This document shows positions 14,401 through 29,400 of a stretch of DNA of 64,000 nt, piece after piece; positions within the stretch are counted from its first letter, which is position 1, and the number at the start of each line of letters is the position of its first letter. The notes below the pieces were generated by a model, which was not told the origin of the DNA, did no database searches, and saw only the letters and a program-made list of their open reading frames with translations. The stretch comes from Malacoraja senta. Taxonomy: Eukaryota. The stretch is taken from positions 1,180,001 to 1,244,000 of the forward strand of contig CM075997.1 in NCBI GenBank assembly GCA_038087875.1, read 5' to 3'. The translations under genes were made by a program, and so were the position numbers.

Positions 14401-17400
14401 AAAATCAAACGATCCAACCTTTCTGAACTTTGTTGGTGCTGGACTGGCCGACCTTCAACATTTAATATTCCAGCATCCGTTTAATGCAGCTTTCTTCAAG
14501 GTGTTACATAGTAGAAAGTTTGGACAAGATCACGAAGGGTATAGGTGAAGTGAACACTCACTGTTTTTTGCCCAAGGTAGATTATTCTAAAATCAAGAGT
14601 GCGTAGGCTTAGTGTGAGGGGGGAGAGATTTCGGAAACGTCACCTATTCCTTTTTCTCCAGAGATGCTGCCCGACCTGCTGAGTTACTGCAGCATTTTGT
14701 GTCCTCTGTTGGGATATTTGCATGCCTGATAATTAGTTTCAGTGGGTAGAGATATGTGGATTAATTCTGTGTAAGAAAGAACTGCAGATGCTTGTTTAAA
14801 TCGAAGGTAGACACAAAATGCTGGAGTAACTCAGCGGGTGAGGCAGCATCTCTGGAGAGAAGGAATGGGCGACGTTTCGGAGTGGAGTGCCCAAAATGTG
14901 TGAGAAAGAACTGCAGAAGCTTGTTTAAATCGGAGGTATGGAGTGGAGTCGCCCATTCCTTCTCTCCAGAGATGCTGCCTCACCCGCTGAGTTACTCCAG
15001 CATTTTGTGTCTACCTGTGTATGAATTGTCATTCTTTGCATTGATGGAAGGGGGGGGGGGGGTAGGGGGAGGAGGAGATCATGCACATCAGAGCTGCATT
15101 TTATCATTCCCTGAAGTTCCCTTGCTGTTCTTGCAGGACGAGGCCATATCAGCGTTGGAGCTGCAGAAACTCTTGCGGGAGATATTGCAGAAAACCGGTA
15201 AGCATGCCAGGGGAATCCGAGCTTACAAGAACACAAGTCTTTAATTTCAGTGACGTGTTGCAGTCAACTCTTGTCTCTTTTTCTCTCCAGCTCTCAGTGA
15301 GAAGTGGGATCACTTTAGCCTGGATGCCTGCAAGAGCCTCATTTCCCTGACAGATGTATCCTTCTGCGGAGTTGGAAGCCCCTGTGTGGTCAGGTCAGGG
15401 TGGGGTGTTTGGTTTAGTTTAGAGAGATTTAGTTTAGAGATACAGCGCGGAAACAGGCCCTTTCGGCCCACCGGGTCCGCGCCGACCAGCGATCTCCGCA
15501 CACTATCCTACACCCACTAGGGACAATTTTTACATTTACCGAGCCAATTAACCTACAAACCTGTACGTCTTTGGAGTGTGGGAGGAAACCGAAGATCTCG
15601 GAGAAAACCCACGCAGGTGACGGGGAGAACGTACAAACTCCGTACAGACAGCACCCGTAGTTAGGATCGAACCCGGGTCTCTGGCGCTGTGAGGCAGCAA
15701 CTCTACCGCTGCGCCACCGTGCCGTGGAGACACTGCTGGTGGTGGTGTCCTGTCCTTCCCCTTCTCAGACTGGGCCAAGCTTCCTCAAAGGTTGCCTGTT
15801 GCGTGTGAGCCTGGATTTTACAACCGGCTGATCATTTATTCTCAGTTAGAAACAAGGAACCGCAGGCGCTGGTTTACAAAAAAAGACACAGCGTGCTGGA
15901 GTAACTCAGCGGGTCAGGCAGCATCTCGGGAGAACATGGATAGATGACGTTTCGCGTCAGGTCTGAAGAAGGGTCCCAACCCAAAACGTCACCTATCCAT
16001 GTTCTCCTAAGATGCTGCCTGACCCGCTGAGTTTCTCCAGCACTCTGTGTCTTTGTTCATTTGCAGGTTGAAACCTTCTTGAAATGCTGGAGGTTAGTTG
16101 GACAGGAAGACTTCTCCACTGACGCTGTCCTTTAACTGATGAACCTTTGCTGGCTCTCCAGTCTAGGAATGAAACACTCTCCCCCTCCCCCCTTAATGCA
16201 AGGTCACCTGCATTAATTAATGCAAATATATGCGACTACATCAAACATGGTTGCCTTGCCCACAACAAACATGGCTGACAAGTTACTCTAACTGGAGAAA
16301 CTTCAGACGTTTCTCCAGCACTTTTGTCTACCTTCGATTTTCCAGCATCTGCAGTTCCTTCTTAAACAAGTTACTCCAATTGTTCACCACAGAATCCCAT
16401 TGTATTTAGCTGGTAATCAAACAATTCCTTAACCAGTGTAAACAGAACAATGGGTTTGGAAAAATGAGATTTGAGGGATTCAGTGACCTCTGGAGCAAAA
16501 TCTGCCATTGGACAGTGAGTATTGATGAATGATCATTACCGTTTGATTTCTACTTTTTTCCGAGGTTCTTATCACAGGTCCTCAAACTTAAATGTTAGGT
16601 ACACAAAAATGTTGGAGAAACTCAGCGGGTGCAGCAGCATCTATGGAGCGAAGGAAATAGGTAACGTTTCGGGCCGAAACCCTTCTTCAGACTGATAGGG
16701 GGTGGAGAGAAGAAAGGAAAAAAGGAAAAAGGCGGAGGAGGAGCCCGAGGGCTGGGGGAGGGGAGGAGACAACCAGATGGCTGATGAAGGGGAGGGGACA
16801 GCAAGGGCTAGCAGAATTGGGAGAATTCAATGTTCAGGCCACCAGGATGTAGACTGCCCAAGCGGAATATGAGGTGCATTTCCTCCAATTTACAGTGTTG
16901 CTCGCTGTGGCCATGGAGGAGACCCAGGACAGAGAGGTCAGATACGGAATGGGAGGGGGAGTTGAAGTGCTGAGCCACCGGGAGTTCAGGTTGGTTATTG
17001 CGGACCGACAAGTGATCCTCCGTCAGTTTCGCCACCTCCAACGTGACCCCACCACTCGCCACATCTTCCCATCTCCCCCCATGTCTGCGTTCCGCAAAGA
17101 CCGCTCCCTCCGTAACTCCCTTGTCAATTCTTCCCTTCCCTCCCATACCACCCCCTCCCCTGGTAATTTCCCTTGCAACCGCAAGAGATGCAACACTTGC
17201 CCCTTCACCTCCCCCCTCCACTCCATTCAAGGACCCAAGCAGTCGTTCCAGGTGCGACAGAGGTTCACCTGCATCTCCTCCAACCTCATCTATTGCATTC
17301 GCTGCTCTAGATGCCAGCTGATCTACATCGGTGAGACCAAGCGGAGGCTTGGCGATCGTTTCGCCGAACACCTCCGGTCGGTCCGCAATAACCAACCTGA

Positions 17401-20400
17401 ACTCCCGGTGGCTCAGCACTTCAACTCCCCCTCCCATTCCGTATCTGACCTCTCTGTCCTGGGTCTCCTCCATGGCCACAGCGAGCAACACCGTAAATTG
17501 GAGGAAATGCACCTCATATTCCGCTTGGGCAGTCTACATCCTGGTGGCCTGAACATTGAATTCTCCCAATTCTGCTAGCCCTTGCTGTCCCCTCCCCTTC
17601 ATCAGCCATCTGGTTGTCTCCTCCCCTCCCCCAGCCCTCGGGCTCCTCCTCCGCCTTTTTACTTTTTTCCTTTCTTCTCCCCACCCCCTATCAGTCTGAA
17701 GAAGGGTTTCGGCCCGAAACTTTACCTATTTCCTTCGCTCCATAGATGCTGCTGCACCCGCTGAGTTTCTCCAGCATTTTTGTGTACCTTCGATTTTCCA
17801 GCATCTGCAGTTCCTTCTTTAAAACTTAAATGTTAACTGTCTTTCCCTGCGAACAGGCGCTGAATGATCTGTGTATTTGCAGCATTTTCTAATGTTTTTT
17901 AAACCAGTCAGAAGGTTCTGTTTCAAGAAGTTGTATTTCGTCTGATATTAATTTTTTTCTGATGATGGGCATGCGTTTTAACAGGCATGAGGGTTTAGTT
18001 TAGTTTAGAGATACAGCTCGGAAACCGGGTCCACCGGGTCCGCGCCGACCAGCGATCCCCGCATATTAACACTATCCTACACCCACAATTTTTACATTTA
18101 CCAAGTCAATTAACCTACAGACCTGTACGTCTTTGGAGTTTGGGAGGAAACCGAAGATCTCGGAGAAAACCCACACAGATCACGGGGAGAACGTACAAAT
18201 TCCGTACAGGCAGCACCCGTAGTCAGGATCGAACCCAGGTCTCCGGCGCTGCATTCGCTGTAAGGCAGCAACTCTACCGCTGCGCCACCGTGGCCACCCT
18301 TAGATTGATTTTGAATGATATGGAATACAAACCTATGATCTGCAGCTCATCCCTTAATTTGGGAAATGCTGACGGATGATGTAAATTGAGTACTTACCTC
18401 TGCAAATTCTGCACGGGTTCATTTATTTGCATTCCTCAAGATATTGCGACATGTCACAGACTTAGCACTCAAAGCCTATTTGTGTTTTTGCTGTTTTCTC
18501 CAGCAAATCTTCAGTCGGTTCGATAAGAATGGATCAGGGACCATGGACAGTCAAGAGATGTTCACAGCCATCCAGGCAGCAGGTGAGGTGGGAGAGACAT
18601 CTGTGGTTCTGCTTGGTTTCTTCTTCTTCTTCTTTCGTGTGGCGTGCACAGCCTAAAGTTGGAGGACAACTTGTTCTATTTGATGTTAAAGAAGGAACTG
18701 CAGATGCTGGAAAATCGAAGGTACACAAAAATGCTGGAGAAACTCAGCGGGTGCAGCAGCATCTATGGAGCGAAGGAAATAGGCAACGTTTTGGGCCGAA
18801 ACCCAAAGGAAATAGGCAATGTTTCGGGTCGAAACCCGAAGGGTTTCGGGCCGAAACGTTGCCTATTTCCTTCGCTCCATAGATGCTGCTGCACCCGCTG
18901 AGTTTCTCCAGCATTTTTGTGTACCTTTGTTCTATTTGATCTTCTGTTTGTGCACGTCGAGTTGATTGCATTAGTCGAAACAGGGCAGACCACGTGAAGG
19001 TTGCAATCTTCCACCCCTAGTTTGGTTTCAAGATACAGCATGGAAATAGGCCCTTCGGCCCACCGAGTCCACTCTGACCACCATCACGCCAGTTCCACTT
19101 TCTCGTCCACTCCCTACACAATTTACAGAAGGCAATTAACTTACAAACCCGCACGTCTTTGGGATGTCGGAGGAATCCAGAGCACCGGGAAGAAACTCAC
19201 ATGGTCACAGGGAGAACGTACAAATTCCACACATACAGCACCTAGGGTTGCCAACTGTCCCGTATTAGCTGGGACATCCCGTATATTGGGCTAAATTGGT
19301 TTGTCCCGTACGGGACCGCCCTTGTCCCGTATTTGACTGCTACTACTCGGGTCGAGGGGACTGTTGGGTCGGAGCGCCGTGTCCGGCCCCACCTCACCCG
19401 TCCCGACGTAGTGCAGCCCATGGAGTGCAGCAGCAGCAGCAGCGCCTCGCCCGTGGTCCCGTCGGTCGGTCGGCAGCCCGGCCAGCTGTCCGAGCTTCGG
19501 ACCTTTGCTTACCGCCGCCACCACCACCCCTCCTCCTTCTCATGGCCGATCATCGGTTCATAAGTTGGATGGGGTGCCGGATTTGCCCAGGCCAATACTC
19601 CTCAGCTGGCCCGCCGGCTAGGCTCTGTGTGCAGTCCAGCACCCGGGCCAACTCATCATTCACCCAGCCACGGCCGAGTCAGTCAACGAATTGCCGTCGG
19701 GAATTTGTCCCGTATTTTGACCTTTTGTCCCTTATTTGGGAGTGAGAAAGTTGGCGACCCTAACAGCACCTGAGGTCAAGATCGAGCATAGATCTCTGGC
19801 AGACAAAAGTGCTGGAGAAACTCAGCGGGTGCAGCAGCATCTATGGAGCTCCATAGATGCTGCTGCACCCGCTGAGTTTCTTCAGCACTTTTGTCTACCT
19901 TCGATTTTCCAGCATCTGCGGTTCCTTCTTAAACACATAGATCTCTGGCACTTTGAGGCAGCAGCTCCACCTGCTGCACCACTGTGCTTCCCCACTGTGT
20001 CTAAAGGATGATCCCATCACATTGTTGCCGTACTGCAGGTAGCTTCTCCTTCTGCACCACCAGGAGCTTATACCTAAATTAACAGAACCCCGGCAGTCTT
20101 TGTAGGTTGGACGAGGGGGTGGGACAAATCCAGAGAGTGTGGGGAAGGTCACACTAACATAGAAACATAGCAAATAGGTGCAGGAGTAGGCCATTCTGCC
20201 CTTCGAGCCTGCATCGCCATTCAATATGATCATGGCTGATCATCCAACTCAGTATCCTGTACCTGCCTTCTCTCCATACCCCCTGATCCCTTTAGCCACA
20301 AGGGCCACATCTAACTCCCTCTTAAATATAGCCAATGAACTGGCCTCAACTATTTTCTGTGGCAGAGAATTCCACAGATTCACCACTCTCTGTGTGGAAA

Positions 20401-23400
20401 ATGTTTTTCTCATCTCGGTCCTAAATGACTTCCCCCTTATCCTTAAACTGTGACCCCTTGTTCTGGACTTCCCCAACATCGGGAACAATCGTCTTGCAAC
20501 CTCACATTTATCCACATTATACTGCATTTGCCCACTCATCCAACCTATCCAAGTCACCTTGCAGCCTCCTAGCATCCTCCTCACAGCTAACACTGCCCCC
20601 CAGCTTCGTGTCATCTGCAAACGTGGAGATGTTGCATTCAATTCCCTCGTCCAAATCATTAATATAAGACTGTCATACACACTACCAATATTCTAGCCAT
20701 GCTTTGTCTTAATGTTTGACTACGTTCCCTAGGATTCCAGGTGGATGAGTTCTTGATGCAGCTTGTTGGCTTGAGGTACGCGGACCCCGATCTCACCCTC
20801 AGTTACGTGAACTTTATTTGCTGCCTGACCAAACTCGACACCATGATCCGTGAGTAATTTGTACTTTCCCTTCTCATCCAACATAGACTGGGGGCCTCCA
20901 AGATCCTAACCAGGGCTGGTGGCAACAACCCAATATCACCTGAGCCGCTGTTATATTGTCTTGTGTATCAGTTTAAAGAAGAGTGGCGAATTACTTCTTA
21001 AAAATACCAATAATACCTGGGTTAGATCCTATAGCGAGCAAGATAGTCCACTCGACGAAAAAGATGTAGTACGGTCATGGGCAGATTCATGGGTAATTTT
21101 CGGCCCCATTTCCGTAACCGGCTTCCGTCTCCGCACCAAAGATCCCATAGCGGAGCAAAGATAACTAGTGCGGAGACGGAAGCTGGTTACGGAAACATCC
21201 TCGTAAAAATAAAAGTTCTTTGGTAAAAATCTTCCTCTCATTTTCAGAATTATAATTTATTAACACAAACTGTTCCCCCGCAACGTTGATTACACTGCGA
21301 GTCGGGTCGGGTTACTGAAATGGATGAAAAAAAGGCCCACGTTCTGCTCCGTTGCGTACTACACGTCAGCCCATTGCATTTAGCAGGAGTGGTCTATCTT
21401 GCTCCGCTATAGGATCTTTGCTTTGTATAATGCCTACTATTGTTATGCAGAAATTGTTTATCAACCGATCATCTCGGCTCCTATGCAGTGCTGTGGGACT
21501 GCAGTATTGTCAAAGGTGCTGACTTTTAGAGGTGTTCAAGAGGGAGCAAGACTCTTCAGCCCACTGAATCTGCACGCAAATATCAAAATCAAAGCAGGCA
21601 ATGCTGAATAGAATTATCAAATCAACCATCCCAAGAGAGATCCTGTGATCTACTTACTGACATCGTATGATGCAGGTGGCCATTCAGCTCATCATGTTCA
21701 CACTGGCCCCAAAAGGACCAATCCTATCAGTCTTAATCCCCTTGTTTAAGAAGGAACTGCAGATGCTGGGAAATCGAAGGTAGACAAAAATGCTGGAGAA
21801 ACTCAGCGGGTGAGGTAGCATCTATGGAGCGAAGGAAATAGGCAACGTTTCGGGCCGAAACCCTTCTTCAGACTTAATCCCCTTCCTTGTTTTCCTGTAC
21901 CTTTGCAACTTCTCTTCACTTCAATGTCTGTCAAATCCCCTTTGGTTTTCTTGCTGCCCACCACATACTAAGGCCAATTAACCTACAAACCTGCACATCT
22001 TTGGGATGTGGTGGGAAACCGGAGCACCCGGAGCAAACACACGCGGTCACAGGGAGAACGGGCACATTTCACACAGATGGACCTGGGGTCAGGATCAAAC
22101 CCAGGACACTGGAGCAGTGTAAGACGCAAAATGCTGGAGTAACTCAGTGGGTCAGGCACAATCTCTGGAGAACATTGCCATCCATTGTGAGTCCCAGCAT
22201 GGTATCTTGCCAAAATCCGTGTCTGGTTTTCCAGTGACTGATCCGCTGTGATTTTTGGACGCATTTGCGTTTGCTTCCTGGACAGACAGACAGAGGCCTC
22301 CGTGTGCCTCAGGCGAGTTCATTGAATGAAACTGGCTCCAGTCTTCAGCCTGTGCCCAACTCCGGTCCTGGCTCAAAGCATGAACAGTGGCGTGGCTAAC
22401 AGCAACCAGCGGAAGGCAAATGTCTGGCGTAATCGCTGTTTACAATTATAAATGTAATGTGGAACGGAATTTAAGAAGCAGCAAAAGGAGAAATGTGGTT
22501 GTGTTGTAGTATACTCTGTGACCTGCAGGGGTCAGCAGTGGGACAGATTTCAAACATGCCTTGTGTACATGGTGGGAGATTACAGTGTAACAGTGGCTTC
22601 AGTCTACCTTGGATAAAAACCCTCCAGTTTTGAAAGCTCTACAATATGTATGGGATGGGCACCAGCATTACTGCAGCTTTATTAGGAACAGATTGTTTAG
22701 GGTGATCACAGTTTGTTTTTTTCATCCCAATTTTCTTTGCTAAAAATAATGTTCAACATATTTATGGCGTCCTAAATGCCTATCGTTTCCCACATGTCGG
22801 TTGTTTTTTCTTAAAGCGCTAACCACACAATATAGAAAAGTACAGCACAGGAACAGGCGCTCCAGGCCATAATGATGCCAAACTAAACTAATCTCAAAAA
22901 AGGACACGGTGCCGGGGGTAACCCAGTGGGTCAAGCAGCATCTCTGGAGAACACGGATAGGTGAGGTTTCGGGTCGGGACCCTTCTTCGGACTGACGGAG
23001 AGAGGAGGAGAACTTCTTTAAAGTAGGAGAGACACAAAAAGCTGGAGTAACTCAGCGGGACAGGCAGCATCTCTGGAGAGAAGGAATGGGTGACGTTTCG
23101 GGTCGAGATCCTTCTTCAGACTAGTTAGGGATAAGGGAAACGAGAGATATATAGACGATGATGTGGAGAGATAAAGAACAATTAATAAAAGGTATGCAAA
23201 ACAGATATTCTTCAAAGCAGGCATACATACCTTGAGATTTTGCAATGGAGCAATCAAAATGTAGAACCAAAGAACTGCAGAAGCTGGTTTACAAAAAAGC
23301 ACAAAGTGCTGGAATAACACATCGGATCAGGCAGCATCTCTAGAAAACATGAATAGGTGATGTTGCGGGTCAGGACCCTTGTAAACTAATGTCATCTACC

Positions 23401-26400
23401 TGCATATGATCACATGAAAATATTTGACAGTGGTCCGCATCATAGTCAGCCTGGCTCCTCTCTTGACTTGAACTACTGCGACTAGGGACCTGTGATAGAT
23501 TTGAAAATACAATGTGTAGGAAGCAACTGCAGATGTTGGTTTAAACTGAAGATAGACACAAAGAGCTGGAATAACTCCGAGAGTCAGGCAGCATCCACGG
23601 AGAAAAGGAATAGGTGACGTTTCAGGTTGAGACCCTTCGTCAGTCACCTATTCCTTTTCTCCAGAGGTTATGTCTGACCTGCTGAGTTACTTCAGCTTTT
23701 TGTGTCCACCTTTGAAAATATAAAGTTTGCTCGAGATTTGAGTGGCAATGCAATGTATTGTGCATTGGGAGTTATACTGAACCAAAAGCCAGCCACAGAC
23801 TGTAGGACAGGATTCAATTAAGTGCCAGGAATTTTACTATTGGGCGGGGTGGGTACAATAGTCTGACATTTCTTCAGCAGTCATTTCTGCCATATATCAC
23901 AAGATTTAGAACATAGAACACGACAGCACAGGAACAGGCTCTTCGGCCCATCATGCAGTGAGCAGGGTATCTCAGTACACATGACAGTAATAAACTCAGA
24001 ACAAAGTCAGACTGGATGAAATCCAGAGGATGACATTTGTTCATCCACGCCTGGTGAAGGTGTTCGTCTCCTCCCCTGCATTTTTCACATAGGTGTGTAT
24101 TCTTATCCTGGCAATGAAATCTCTAGTGGTGGTGTTGGAACTTGTTCCTGACAGGCAGTTCCCACAAGGCGTGTTCACTGTCGATGGAAGAGTTAAGCAG
24201 CTAAATCGCCAACTGAAATCTGAGTCGTTCAGAAGTTGCTTTTAATCCATCTAACTTGTTCACCATTAACTATTCCCTTGAGAATTTTATTATACGTAAA
24301 GTACATGTGCCTAGTCTGTCTGAAAAAGGGTCTCGACCCCAAAACATCACCTATTCCATTTCTACAGAGATGCTGTCAGACCCGCTGAGTTACTCCAGCT
24401 TTTTGTGTCTTTCTTAATTATCTTCATTGCTACCCCATTACCACAATGCTGCCTGGAATAGAGTCTATTAGCTATAAGGAGAGGTTGGACAAACTTGGAC
24501 TGTTTTCTCTGGAGGGTGAGGGGACTCGAGATATAGGTATATTAAGTTATGATAGGCATAGATTGGGTAAACAACCAGACACCCTGGGAAAGTCGAGGAT
24601 GAGAGGGTATAGCTTGAGGAACAGCACCTCATATTTTGCTTGGGTAGTTTACACCCCAGCAGTAAGAACATTGACTTCTCTAACTTCAGGTAGCTGTTGC
24701 TCTCTCTCTTCATTCACCCCCCCCCCCCTTCCCTGTTCTCCCACTAGTCCCACTCTCTCCGCCGACATTAGTTCTTTGCCCTGCCCCCTCCCCTGACATC
24801 AGTCTGAAGAAGGGTCTCGACCCGAAACGTCGCCTATTCCTTCTCTCCCGAGTTGCTGCCTCACCCGCAGAGTTTCTCCAGCATTTTGTGTCTACCTTCG
24901 ATTTGACCAGCATCTGCAGTTCTTTCTTAAACAAAGCTTAAAGGAGATGTGTGGGTCAAGATTTTTTACACAGAGGGTGGGGGGTGCTTGGAATGTGGTG
25001 GAGGCAGATAAGATTCTGGCATTTAAGCAGTTTTTAGGTAGACACCTGAAGATGCAGGGAATGGAGGGATATAGATCGCGTGTAGGGAGAGGAGATCAGT
25101 ATAAGTTGGCATCATGTTCAGCACGGATATTGTGGGCCGAAGGGCCGGTTCCTGTGCTGTTCCATGCTCTGTAGAACGAATGAAGTATATTCACTGCAGT
25201 AATGTAGGAAGCAGTTGGGCATAGATGACTGTGGTCAGTTGCAGTATGGTAGTTGGCTAGGGCACCAATGTTGGCTGGGGCACTATTAAGGTGAGAGGGG
25301 AAAGATTTAATATGTACCTTAGGGCCAACCTTTTCAATCAGATGGTGATGGGTATATGGAACAAGTTGCCATAGGAGGTAGTTGAGCCTGCTACTGACTG
25401 TAACAGTATTTAAAATGACTGGCACGTGAATAGGAAAGGTTTAGAGAAATATGGGTCAAATATGGGCAGGCGGGACAAGTGTTGATCAGTCTGAAGAAGG
25501 GTCTCGACTCAAACCGTCACCCATTCCTTCTCTCCAGAGATGCTGCAGCATTTTGTGCCTAACTATGTAGACGGGCCATGTTGGTTGGAATGGGCAAGTT
25601 GGGCTGAAGGGCTTTTTCCATGCTGTATGACTCAATTACTCCTTGACAGCACAAACTCCACTCTCCTTCGGAAGATTACTGTGGGATACCTTGAATCCAT
25701 CTGATTAGGACCATGAGTTTAGGTGTCATTTTGTTGGTAGGCACTGTCTGGGGAACAAACTTCTTTGTCTCTCCAGAGTAGTTCTGCCTCGATTCCCCGT
25801 CCTAAGCAAGGCACCAATTGACACAGAACTGCATTTGCCACTAGTCTGCCCACTCCCAAACGCTGTGCATGTCCTCTAGAGTTTAGTTTAGTTAAGAGAC
25901 ACAGCGCGGAAACAGGCCCTTCGGCCCACCGAGTCTGTGCCGAACAGCAGTCCCCGCACACTAACACTATCCTACACACACTCGGGACAATTTACAATTA
26001 TACCAAGCCCATTAACCTACAAATCTGTATTGCTTTGGAGTGTGGGAAGAAACCGGAGAAAACCCACGCAGGTCACGGGGAGAACGTACAAACTCCGTAC
26101 AGACAGCACCCGTAGTCAGGATCGAACCCGGGTCTCTGCCGCTGTGAGGCAGTAACTCTACCGCTGTGCCACCATGTTGTTGCCATCGGCAGATTCCGGT
26201 GACTTGCCCTCTGCATGTTTTTAAATGATTTAAACAACCTTTACAAGGTTCACAAAGGAAAAAGCTGAATTCCTGCACGTGGGAAGGTTCACGGGAGTTA
26301 ACATTCCTGTTTACTTTTTTTGCAACGTTCCCACAAGCTGGAATGTTGGAAAGTCAGTGAGGAACTGGGGCGACTCGTCCCCTTTTCAGCTGGAATTTCA

Positions 26401-29400
26401 GCTACGCTCCGTAAATCTGGCTTGCTGTCGTAATTAGGTCCCCGTCATCTCGAGCAAGTGTCAATGTCACAGGAATCATTGTCAGCTAGACACACACACA
26501 CACACACCTGCTGGGTGCTAGGACTGGTCAGATGGGATGCCAGACATAGCTCGATGTTACGCCCTGTTCATTCTCATTGTTGCGTAAAGAAGGAATGTTT
26601 ATCTCAGGCTGGAATGAAGGGTCAAGGACCAAAGTGCGAGATGCTGAGTTAGGAAATTAAGATGAGATCAAGGATGAGATATCAGATTAGTTGCTGCCAG
26701 TCTAAGTATCTACAGCCTTGAGGGAAGGGGGTGGGGGGGGGGGTGGGTAGGGGAGATAAATAAGTCAGGTAGCAGGTTACAGTGCAGTGATGTCAAAAGG
26801 CCATAAGTGATAGGAGAAGAATTAGGCCATTCGGCCCATCGTCAACTCTACCATTCGATCGTGGATGTTCTATCTCTTCATCCCAACCCCATTCTCTTGC
26901 TTTCTCCCCATAACCTCTGACATCCCGTACTAATCGAGTCCACTTCACCTTTTGGGAAGAAGGCTTTACGAACCTGACGGCTAACGTCTCAGCACAGTGG
27001 CGCCGCTGTTAAAGCCGCAGCCTCACAGAGCCAGAGGCCCGAGTTCCATCCTTGCTCCGGATGCCGTCAGTGCGGAGATTGTACGTTCTCGCTGTGATGG
27101 CTGCTCCGGTCTCCTCACACATCCCAAAGACGTGCAGGTTCGCAGGTTAAATCGGCCCTCTGTAAATTGTCCCCTCGTGTGCAGGGAGTGGTTGAGAAAG
27201 TGGAACAACTTAGACTTAGTGCGAGGTGATCGCTGGTCGGTACGGTGAGGAGAAGGGCCTGTTTCCAAGCTGCATCTTTCAATTCAATCAAGCTGCTCCC
27301 AGTTCTCCTTTAGTACCGCTGTAAAACTCTGTCACAGTTAAGGGCCTGTCCCACTTGGTGATTATTTTCGGCGACTGCCGGCGTCAATGACTGACGTATC
27401 AGGGTCACCGAAAGATTTTGAACATTTCAAAATCCAGCGGCGACAAAAAAAATGTTGCGACACTTGAGGAGACGCCGGGCGTCAATACACCATCACGCCG
27501 CGAATTTTTCGGTGACTTGATACATCAGTCAATGATGCCGACAGTTGCCGAAAAAATCGCCAAGTGGGACAGGCCCTTTACAATTCCTTTCAGATAGGCT
27601 CCTGGGTATGCAAGGAATGCAGCGATATGGATCACGTGCAGGCAGAGATTAGTTTAACTTGGCATCATGTTCAGCACGGACATAGAAACATAGAAAATAG
27701 GTGCAGGAGTAGGCCATTTGGCCCTTCGATCCTGCACCGCCATTCAATATGATCATGGCTGACCATCCAACTCAGTATCCTGTACCTGCCTTCACTCCAT
27801 ACCCCCTGATCCTTTAGCCACAAGGCCACATCTAACTCCCTCTTAAATATAGCCAATGAACTGGCCTCAACTACCTTCTGTGGCAGAGAGTTCCAGAGAT
27901 TCACCACTCTCTGTGTGAAAAATGTTTTTCTCATCTCGGTCCTAAAGGACTTCCCCCTTATCCTTAAACTGTGACCCTTTGTCCTGGACTTTCCCAACAT
28001 CGGGAACAATCTTCCTGCATCTAGCCTGTCCAACCCCTTAAGAATTTTGTAAGTTTCTATAAGATCCCCCCACAATCTTCTAAATTCTAGCGAGTACAAG
28101 CCGAGTCTATCCAGTCTTTCTTCATTGTGGGCCGAAGGGCCTGTCCCTGTGCATACCTATTCTATGTTCCATATGTTCCATATCGCAGGTGGAAGATTCA
28201 GCAACAGATAGTCTGCTGGGTTGTTTCTCACCAAGTGCATTCTTTACATTTCTAACAATCTGTGAAGATTCATTCAAGGTAATGGAATTTGCTTCTGTTC
28301 CAGGAGCTTTCAAAATCATGGACAAGTTTGGAACTGGAGTGGTCAATGTTGGCTATAAAGAGGTAAGTGTTGACACTCAAATGCAAATAGAAAATGCTGG
28401 GGGTTGTCAGCAACTCGGGCAGCATCTGTGGAGAGAGAAACCAAGCTACCCTTTCAGGTTAGAGTTATAGCGGCTCCAATCATGTGAGGCAGCAGATCGA
28501 CAGTCACTCTACTGTGCCTCAAAGTTAGCTATCGAGCAAGGAAACAGTCAATAGACAATAGACAGTAGGTGCAGGAGTAGGCCATTTGGCCCTTTGAGCT
28601 AGCACCGCCATTCAATGTGATCATGGCTGATCATCCACAATCAGTACCCCGTTCCTGCCTTCTCCCCATATCATTTAAGAAGGAACTGCAGATGCTGGAA
28701 AATTGAAGGTAGACAAAAGTGCTGGAGAAACTCAGCGGGTGTGGCAGCATCTATGGAGCGAAGGAAATAGGCAATGTTTCAGGCCGAAACGTTGCCTATT
28801 TCCTTCGCTCCATAGATGCTGCCGCACCCACTGAGTTTCTCCAGCACTTTTGTCTACCTTCTCTCCATATCCATTGACTCCACTGTCTTTAAGAGATCTA
28901 TCTAACTCTCTCTTGATAGTATCCAGAGAACCGGCCTCCACCACCCTCTGAGGCAGAGAATTCCACAGACTCACAACTCTCTGTGTGAAAAAGTATTTCC
29001 TCGTCTCCGTTCTAAATGGCTTACCCCTTATTCTTAAACTGTGGCCCCTGGTTCTGGACTCCCCCAACATGGGGAACATGTTTCCTGCCTCCAGCGTGTG
29101 TAATCCCTTAATAATCTTAAATGTTTCAATAAGATCCCCTCTCAGCCTGACTCATCCATGCCGACCAAGATGCCCCATCTACAATAGTCCCTCCTGCCTG
29201 CATCTGGCCCACATCCCTCTAAACCTTCGCCTATCCGTGTCCCATGTATGTGCTGCCGGGGGTGGTGATGGAAGAAGATATGAAAGTGGCATTTCAGAAA
29301 CTTATGGATAGGCACATGGATATGCAGGGAATGGAGGGACATGGATAATGTGCAGGCAGATAAGAGTCGGTCTTGTCATCATGTTCGGCACAGACATTGT

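Noticed and set aside
16808..17578. Two 234-aa ORFs on opposite strands with identical ends
   Set aside because: Artefact of the Penelope inverted repeat, not two genes
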